Shown: piece by piece, positions 17,261-23,572 of the stretch
Layout of the letters: every line of letters begins with the position of its first letter
Numbering within the stretch: position 1 is the stretch's first letter
Made by a program: the position numbers and the translations under genes
Notes under the pieces: model-generated
Database searches by the model: none
What the model was told of the DNA's origin: nothing
What the model saw: only the letters and a program-made list of their open reading frames with translations
Assembly (NCBI GenBank): GCA_044356455.1
Contig: JBIKWF010000066.1
Coordinates: 1-23,572 of the forward strand
DNA length: 23,572 nucleotides
Direction: 5' to 3'
DNA from: Bdellovibrionota bacterium
GTDB lineage: Bacteria > Bdellovibrionota_C > UBA2361 > JBGSMV01

Positions 17261-18730
17261 ATGGCTAACGAACCTAAATCTGTCACTTCGGGTGTCAAAA
17301 TCCCTTCAGATCATGTGCGCACCGGCATTAACGAACCGGGACTTCCGCCAGGATTACGCCCAGCGATCGCTGAATGCAGAATTCAGACGGCCAAATTGAA
17401 GCCAGAGCATTACATTCCAGCTGCAGAACTACTTCCTACTTTTCGCGAATACATGCAGTTGGCGTTGTATCACCCGAAATTCGGCTATTACTCAGCAGCC
17501 AAGGTGCAGTTCGGAAAAGATTTCATTACGTATCCGATCGCGCTATCCCCGAACTTTGGGGCGATGCTGGCCGAGCATGCATTTCGCATGAGAGGGTAGC
17601 TCTTGAAGCAAGGATTATTATCCAGTGACGAGTTCTTTCAAGTTAGCGAATTTGGATGTGGCGAAGGCGTGCTTGCACGCGACTTTTGCAGAGCAGTTAG
17701 TAGTCGGTCTCAGACGGATCCCGAATGGGAACGTTTTCGGCAGTCACTGTGTTATCAAGCTGTAGAGCAGTCGCGGTCTTTATGCGAAAGAATCGAAAAA
17801 AACCTAGATGGCACCGATGTTAGGTACGGGGTTTTGAATAGTGACGCCGTTAGCTTTATGAGGAAAGCTCGATACAGCCTGGGCAAAGGCCTGGTTATTT
17901 CAAATGAGCTCGTCGACGCATTCCCAGTAGAAATTTTTCGCAAAAGCGAAAATGGTGTTGACGTAACGCATGTAATTCCGAGAATTCGCACTCGGGTCTT
18001 AGCTGGGCAGGCAGAGTTAAGAGAATCAGCGATAGCGGGAAATAGTTTGGTCCGGGCAAAACTCGGTATTCCGGATTCTGTGATGTCTGAATCTTTCTTA
18101 CTTGATTCAAGATCGCTGCGTTCAATTCTTGATTCACTCGGCGAAATATCTGGCGCGGACCGCGCGATTGTATTAGAGGGACTCAGCTTTATCGAGACCT
18201 CAGTGCCGCTAGAAGATCATCCTCGCATCCGCGGCACGCTAAAGACTTATATTTCTGCGGCTAAAGCTCAACCCAATTTTTTGGGCTCGATTCTTCCACC
18301 TGATGCGGTGGAGTTCTTCTCGGGAATTCAATCGAAACTTAAATGTGGATATGTTATCACTGTGGACTACGGTGGCCCATTTGCTGAGATTCAAGATCGA
18401 TTTCAGCGATATGGCGTCAATGCTCGAACGTATTGCAACGGAACAACTCATCTCTCTCCGTATCAGCGCTTTTCCGATCTCGATATTACTTCGAATGTGG
18501 ATTTCAGCTATTTGAAATGGCTTGGCTTCCGTCATGGCCTAGACCAGGTACATTTCGGTCGCCAGTCTGACCTCTGCGCTGGACTCGACCCTTGCTTTAC
18601 AGACCAAATCTTAGCGTTAAAGCGAAAATGCGCTAAGAAATTCTTTCAAGGGAACCGTTTCAAGATGTTGATTCAGGCTACTCAGAACGTTGAGGCTCGT
18701 CCTGGCTGGCCGCTCCTGGGGGCGGTTTAG
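17261..18730 (+). pseudogene. SAM-dependent methyltransferase, MidA/NDUFAF7 family, interrupted by one in-frame TAG at 17597-17599
   Basis: TFREYMQLALYHPKFGYY, DFITYP and FGAMLA lie before the stop. EFGCGEG, ISNELVDAFPV, ITVDYG and DITSNVDFS lie after it in the same frame. Confidence 0.85.
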
Positions 18731-18765
18731 TTTAAAGTCCTCCCCTTTTTCCCCCCTTCCCCCCC

Positions 18766-19053
18766 CCTTTTTCTCTCTGAGACCTCGCGCGACGTAACCA
18801 TCCGTGACCATTCATCCTCGCTTGGCATCTACCCAGTATTTCGCGCCTTTTAGTTGCCCATTCGAGAACAAAGCAGATCTGGATGGAGCTATGGTGGAGC
18901 GGGAATAGCTCATGGAGTGCCTAACGATAGTGCAGGGATGAGCATTCTTTACGCTATCGAAGCATCAAAGAACGCTAAACTGCCGCATTCAGATCTGCGG
19001 CGCCAGTCAGTTCAACAGCTTAGAGTGCGCCACATCTCAGAGACAAATGGTGG
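18766..19053. mobile_element. 288-bp MITE/REPIN-like element, copy 2 (family A)
   Basis: Direct repeat of 14063-14350; ends TTTCTCTCTGAGAC ... ATCTCAGAGACAAA. Confidence 0.8.
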
Positions 19054-19082
19054 CGGCACGCTCTTTAACAACAGGTAGATCC

Positions 19083-20525
19083 TTAGTTGATGTCGTATTC
19101 CTCATGCGGCGCTTCGTCGGGAAGCCCCTGAGTTGCAACTACCTTGTTCATGCCATCGAGCGCTGCCGTTCGATAGGCCTGACCAAGCGTCGGGTAGTTA
19201 AAGACGGCATGAGAAAGATAATCAATGCCGCCCTTAAAGCCCATCACCGTTTGGCCCACATGCACGAGCTCTGAGGCGCTGTCGCCGATAATGTGAACAC
19301 CAAGAAGCTGCAAGGTATGGCGATTAAAGAGTAGCTTAAGAACTCCCGAGTCATCGCCAACAATCTTCCCGCGCTCGATTTCACCAAAGCGGGCAACACC
19401 TACCTCATAAGGGACTTTCTTTTTCGAGAGCTCTTCTTCTGATTCGCCAACCATCGCCATCTCTGGAATGGTGTAAATTCCATAAGGAATGGGGAGCCCG
19501 AAGCCGACGTCTGAGAGTTTTAGCGCGTGGCACGCAGCACGCCGACCTTGTTCTAGCGAGGTGGAGGCCAAGGAAGGCGCACCTATTACATCACCTACCG
19601 CATAAATATTTGGAACATTTGTCTGAAAATGTTCGTTCACTTTTATGAGCCCGCGCTCGTTTGACGCAATGGATGCAGCCGCAAGGTTAAGTCCTTCGAC
19701 ATTACCTACGCGTCCTGCTGATACCAGAAGTACCTCGGTCACTATGCGCTTTCCACTTTCAAGAAAGGTAACCGCGCGGCCATCCGGAGAACGCGCGCAG
19801 CGCACCACTTTATCATTGGTGACCACAAGCACTTTTTGCTCTCTCAGCTTATAGACCAGAGAGTCCACGAGTTCTTTGTCCACGAAGCCAAGAATGCTCG
19901 GACGCGCCTCAACGAGCGTCACTTTAATACCGAGGGCAGCAAACATGGAACCGTACTCGCATCCGATCACACCACCACCCACAATAGAAATATTCTTGGG
20001 AAGGTGCTTCATGTGCAAAATGGAATCACTATCGAGAATTACCTCGCCATCGAATTCAAATCCCGGTGGATGCCAAGGACGAGTTCCTGTGGCGATAACG
20101 ATAAACTCTGTAAGGAGTTCTTGACTTCGATTGCGCAGAGTAACCTTGACGCGGTTCTTATCTACGATAGAGCCGAACCCTTCGAGCACTTCAATGTTGT
20201 TGCGAATGAGCTGAGATCGCATCGTCTGCTCGATATCCTCAACAATACTGTCAGTTCTTCCCGTAAGATCCTCCATGAGGACCTGCTGCTTTACGCGGTA
20301 GGCCTTCCCGTAGTGGCTACGTTCTCGGTAACCAGAGAGATGTAAGATCGCCTCGCGAAAGGACTTACTCGGTATGGTGCCGTCGAAGAGACACGCCCCA
20401 CCCACCTGAGCTCGGGCGTCAATAATCGCTACCCGTTTGCCAAGTTTCGCGGCCTGCATCGCGGCTTTTTGCCCGCCAGGACCACTCCCAATAACCACCA
20501 TGTCGTAATCGTATGTGCCCGCCAT
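19083..20525 (-). CDS. sthA: Soluble (Si-specific) pyridine nucleotide transhydrogenase
   Basis: GSGPGGQKAAMQAAKLGK, GGACLFDGTIPSKSFRE (single Cys), GGGVIGCEYGS, GIYTIPE, VFNYPTL. Confidence 0.93.
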   Translation of the reverse strand: MAGTYDYDMVVIGSGPGGQKAAMQAAKLGKRVAIIDARAQVGGACLFDGTIPSKSFREAILHLSGYRERSHYGKAYRVKQQVLMEDLTGRTDSIVEDIEQTMRSQLIRNNIEVLEGFGSIVDKNRVKVTLRNRSQELLTEFIVIATGTRPWHPPGFEFDGEVILDSDSILHMKHLPKNISIVGGGVIGCEYGSMFAALGIKVTLVEARPSILGFVDKELVDSLVYKLREQKVLVVTNDKVVRCARSPDGRAVTFLESGKRIVTEVLLVSAGRVGNVEGLNLAAASIASNERGLIKVNEHFQTNVPNIYAVGDVIGAPSLASTSLEQGRRAACHALKLSDVGFGLPIPYGIYTIPEMAMVGESEEELSKKKVPYEVGVARFGEIERGKIVGDDSGVLKLLFNRHTLQLLGVHIIGDSASELVHVGQTVMGFKGGIDYLSHAVFNYPTLGQAYRTAALDGMNKVVATQGLPDEAPHEEYDIN

Positions 20526-20641
20526 GCAAGTGCTATCGGCCGCCTTATCGCAAAGCCTAAAGGGACTTCTTAGAGGCCATTTGTGTTTTTTGCGGAATTA
20601 ACTAAGATACTGAGGTCATTAAAGAATCAGGGAGAACACCC

Positions 20642-22462
20642 GTGCAATCTTCTACGGCGCCTCAATCTCTCGCTTCTTCTCAGAAGCGAAGCGGCTCACT
20701 TTTTATCTCTGCTAAACACCTTACAGCTTCAAGCACATGCGCCGTACTTGCGCTGTCTCTTTCATATTCAAACTATAGCTATGCACAGGACACCGCGGTT
20801 GCAGTACCCGCCTCCGCAGCTGCGCACATTGATGCTTCTCCCCTGCCCCTCGAAAAGACGAGCGCCTTCGGGACCGCTCTGCGTGCGCATTTTGGGAATT
20901 CACCCTACCCTCCGCCCCCAAAATCGGCTGAAGCTTTGAACTCCGCAGATCTTTCAGCACAGACGTTGACTCCGACAAAAAGCGGCGCTCGCGACCTCTC
21001 GCTCAGTGACGCGATACTTCTGTCCCTGGCACAGAATCCTTCCTTTGCCATTACACGCCTCGCTCCATCCCTTGCAGAACAAGAGGTTCTTAGCGCCAAA
21101 GCCATTTACGACACCATTGTTCGTGCAAACGCTGCAACATCTCGAGATGTCGCCCCCAGCGAGTCCTCTCTCTCGGGTACGAAAATTACGACAGAGCAGG
21201 CAACTGGCACTCTTGCGCTCGACCAAAAGCTTCCCACAGGTGCGGACCTCTCTCTCGCCTGGGATAACTCTCGAACAGAAAACGATGCTCGTTTTACGAG
21301 CCTAAGCCCAGCCTACCGCAGCTCCCTTTCGCTCTCATTGAGCCAGCCCCTGCTGCGCGGCACTGGCTGGGGAGCCCCCGGCGTTCTTATTCGCATCGCA
21401 CGCTCGTCGAGCCAGGTAAGCAAAGACCTCTATGAGAGCCAGGTCGCCGACCAAGTTCGGCAGGTAGTTCAGGCCTACTGGAGCGAGGTGCGCGCGCGCG
21501 AGCTCGTCGAAGTTCGCAAACGCGAAGTTGAGCTCTCAGAGCGGCTCCAAAGCGATGTGGAAGAAGGAGTTAAGGTAGGACAGCTTGCCCCGCTTTCTTT
21601 GAGTGAAGCGAATGCACAAATTGCACTGAGTAGAGAGCAACTCATTGTCGCAGAGAACCAACTCCTCGCCGCCGGACGCACTCTTCGGCAAATTACCGGA
21701 ATTGACTTTATTACCGGAGAGAACGGGCTTTCAGACTTTGCTCCCCTGCGCGCAAGTGATCGTCCTGAAGTAATAAAGGTAACATTTGATCCTAACCAAA
21801 GCGTCGAACTCGCTCTCGCACACCGCGCCGAATTACGAGCTCAAAAAGAACGCCTGCGATTGGCAGAGCTCAGTGCGAAATTGGCATCAAATCAGGTACT
21901 GCCCGAGCTCAATCTTGAAGGACGCGCCGGACTTCAGGGCCTCGCGGGCACTGACCGGGGAACAGATAGCGCCTTTGGCGGGTCGGCCAGCCCCTACCAA
22001 GGTGGCTATGGAGATGCTCTGGACGATGTAGGATCAAAAGACTTCTACGACTACACGGTTGGGCTTAGATTAAGAATGCCCCTGGAGAACCGGGAAGCTC
22101 GTGCTGAATTTAACAGAAAGAAAATTGGGCTGCTCTCAGAGCAGCATCGCCTACGCGCCCTTACCCAGAGCGTAATCGAAGAAACCCTTGCTGCCATTTC
22201 ATCCCTTGAAGCAAGCAGCAAGCGCGTCAAAGCAGCTCAAGAGGCCGTTGCCTTCTCGCGCCAGAGCCTTGAAGTCCAAAGAGACAAACTTAATGCCGGG
22301 CTCGCTACCGTACGAGACATGCTGGAGACCCAGCGAGATTTTTCTGAAGCTGAACTGCGCATGGCTGAAGCGCTCACTGACTTTAGCACTTCGCTTTCTG
22401 AGGTACTTCGCGCCCGAGGAGAACTTCTTGAACACTACCACCTAAAGGTTGATGTCCTGTGA
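20642..22462 (+). CDS. TolC-family outer membrane efflux protein
   Basis: LSLSDAILLSLAQNP, LSLSQPLLRG, VVQAYW, NQVLPELNL, GLATVRDMLETQ; signal-peptide-like segment ending in SYA-QD. Start uncertain. Confidence 0.9.
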   Translation: MQSSTAPQSLASSQKRSGSLFISAKHLTASSTCAVLALSLSYSNYSYAQDTAVAVPASAAAHIDASPLPLEKTSAFGTALRAHFGNSPYPPPPKSAEALNSADLSAQTLTPTKSGARDLSLSDAILLSLAQNPSFAITRLAPSLAEQEVLSAKAIYDTIVRANAATSRDVAPSESSLSGTKITTEQATGTLALDQKLPTGADLSLAWDNSRTENDARFTSLSPAYRSSLSLSLSQPLLRGTGWGAPGVLIRIARSSSQVSKDLYESQVADQVRQVVQAYWSEVRARELVEVRKREVELSERLQSDVEEGVKVGQLAPLSLSEANAQIALSREQLIVAENQLLAAGRTLRQITGIDFITGENGLSDFAPLRASDRPEVIKVTFDPNQSVELALAHRAELRAQKERLRLAELSAKLASNQVLPELNLEGRAGLQGLAGTDRGTDSAFGGSASPYQGGYGDALDDVGSKDFYDYTVGLRLRMPLENREARAEFNRKKIGLLSEQHRLRALTQSVIEETLAAISSLEASSKRVKAAQEAVAFSRQSLEVQRDKLNAGLATVRDMLETQRDFSEAELRMAEALTDFSTSLSEVLRARGELLEHYHLKVDVL

Positions 22463-23538
22463 TCCAAAGCCCCCACTCTCCTGAGAAACCAAGCCGTGAC
22501 CCTGCCTCTGCAGCAGATCTCTCGCGTCTTCGAATCGACCGAGTTGACACGGCCGCGGAATCGAACGGGCAGAACTCATCCCACTCTGTTCGCTGGTATG
22601 TGACCTGGGGCGCCTCATTACTGATTGGGGGAATGCTTCTCGGACGATTCGCGCTGAGTCCGCGCACCACCGCTACCAATCCTCCCTCTTTGTCCATGAG
22701 CGCCGCCTCCTCATCTCAGCCAGTTCCCCCTGCACAAGGAGCGGGGTTGTCCGCCTCAGGCTATGTCGTGGCCCAGCGTCAAGCGGCGGTGGCATCTCAG
22801 GCCACAGGCCGCCTCAAAGAGTTACGAGTGGAGGAAGGAGACAAGGTTAAGGCTGGAGATATTATTGGCGTTATTGAAAACGAAGGCCTCCAAGCGGCGG
22901 TGCGTCAAGAAGAAGCAAGCCTGCTGAGTGCCGAGGCGCGCATCGACTCCGCTAAGGCCGGACTTGCCGAGGTGGCTCTGCAGAGAAAACGCATCTTTGA
23001 TCTCTATGAGCGCAAATCAGTTTCTCAAGCAGAAAAGGATACCGTCACCGCAAGTTATGAGCGTGCCCGAGCGGAACTAGCCTCCGCGGAAGCCACTGCA
23101 GGTCTCGCGCGCGCCAAGCTTGACCGCGCCAAAGTTGAGCTTGGGTATAGCTATATTCTCGCCCCCTTTGACGGCACCGTACTCACCAAGAATGCTGACG
23201 AAGGCGAAGTAGTAGCCCCCTTTGGATCTTCCGCAAATGCGCGTGCCGCCGTGGTAACCATAGCTGACATGAGTTCGCTTGAGGTAGAAGCGGACGTTTC
23301 TGAAGCGAATCTCCAGCGAGTTTCCGTGGGCCAAGCCTGCGGCATTACGCTCGACTCCATACCCGGCAAACTCTATGAGGGAGTAGTGAGCAATATCGTC
23401 CCCACCGTAGACCGGGCTAAAGCAACCGTACTCGTAAAGATAAAATTTAAAGAACTCGATGAGCGTGTCATTCCAGAGATGAGTGCACGCGTTACCCTTA
23501 GCCTGATCATCTCACAGCCCCCAAGGGCTGTGAGATGA
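22459..23538 (+). CDS. Efflux periplasmic adaptor (membrane fusion protein, HlyD/MacA-like), C-terminus derived from a repeat
   Basis: SASGYVVAQRQAAV, VEEGDKVKAG, ILAPFDGTV, LEVEADVSE, PEMSARV; GTGA overlap with the TolC gene. Confidence 0.92.
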   Translation: MIQSPHSPEKPSRDPASAADLSRLRIDRVDTAAESNGQNSSHSVRWYVTWGASLLIGGMLLGRFALSPRTTATNPPSLSMSAASSSQPVPPAQGAGLSASGYVVAQRQAAVASQATGRLKELRVEEGDKVKAGDIIGVIENEGLQAAVRQEEASLLSAEARIDSAKAGLAEVALQRKRIFDLYERKSVSQAEKDTVTASYERARAELASAEATAGLARAKLDRAKVELGYSYILAPFDGTVLTKNADEGEVVAPFGSSANARAAVVTIADMSSLEVEADVSEANLQRVSVGQACGITLDSIPGKLYEGVVSNIVPTVDRAKATVLVKIKFKELDERVIPEMSARVTLSLIISQPPRAVR

Positions 23539-23569
23539 TCAGGCTAGCTAACGCCCGGATGGCGTTAGC
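23499..23569. repeat. Twin-hairpin REP-like element, copy 2 (family C)
   Basis: Perfect 22-bp stem TAGCCTGATCATCTCACAGCCC-CCAA-GGGCTGTGAGATGATCAGGCTA, then a perfect 9-bp stem GCTAACGCC-CGGAT-GGCGTTAGC. Confidence 0.92.
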
Positions 23570-23572
23570 AAA

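Noticed and set aside
17597..17599. Genome-wide TAG recoding
   Set aside because: Other genes here (the C26 hydrolase, fliI, flgB and the methyltransferase itself) end at TAG at family-appropriate lengths.
18738..18778. Polypyrimidine/poly-C tract as a phase-variation or G-quadruplex element
   Set aside because: It is non-coding, lies downstream of a stop codon and abuts a repeat edge; low-quality sequence cannot be excluded without reads.
19083..20525. Dihydrolipoamide dehydrogenase call
   Set aside because: It lacks the CxxxxC disulfide and has NYPT instead of HPT, which fits SthA.

Overview
Bacterial chromosomal window; the flagellar gene set is reminiscent of Bdellovibrionota/deltaproteobacterial lineages (inference only). 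Left to right: a large HExxH + coiled-coil + VWA protein (minus); an 817-bp intergenic region with a hairpin array; a glutamate-cysteine-ligase-like (GCS2) gene paired with a peptidase C26 gamma-glutamyl hydrolase; a flagellar operon flgB-flgC-fliE-fliF-fliH-fliI-fliJ-MotE-like that lacks fliG; a DTW-domain tRNA modifier; two hypotheticals; a ~5-kb accessory island (about 14043-19104); sthA; and a TolC plus membrane-fusion-protein pair. The island has nested direct repeats: an outer 20-bp copy of the sthA 3' end, 288-bp elements with terminal inverted repeats, and inner 97-bp palindromes. It carries a tyrS 3' fragment, an orphan 609-aa ORF and a MidA/NDUFAF7-type methyltransferase split by one in-frame TAG. 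A third repeat family, a twin hairpin, occurs at about 2650 and at the window end, where it supplies the stop codon of the efflux adaptor. No transposase or integrase is visible. All calls come from manual motif reading; no searches were run.
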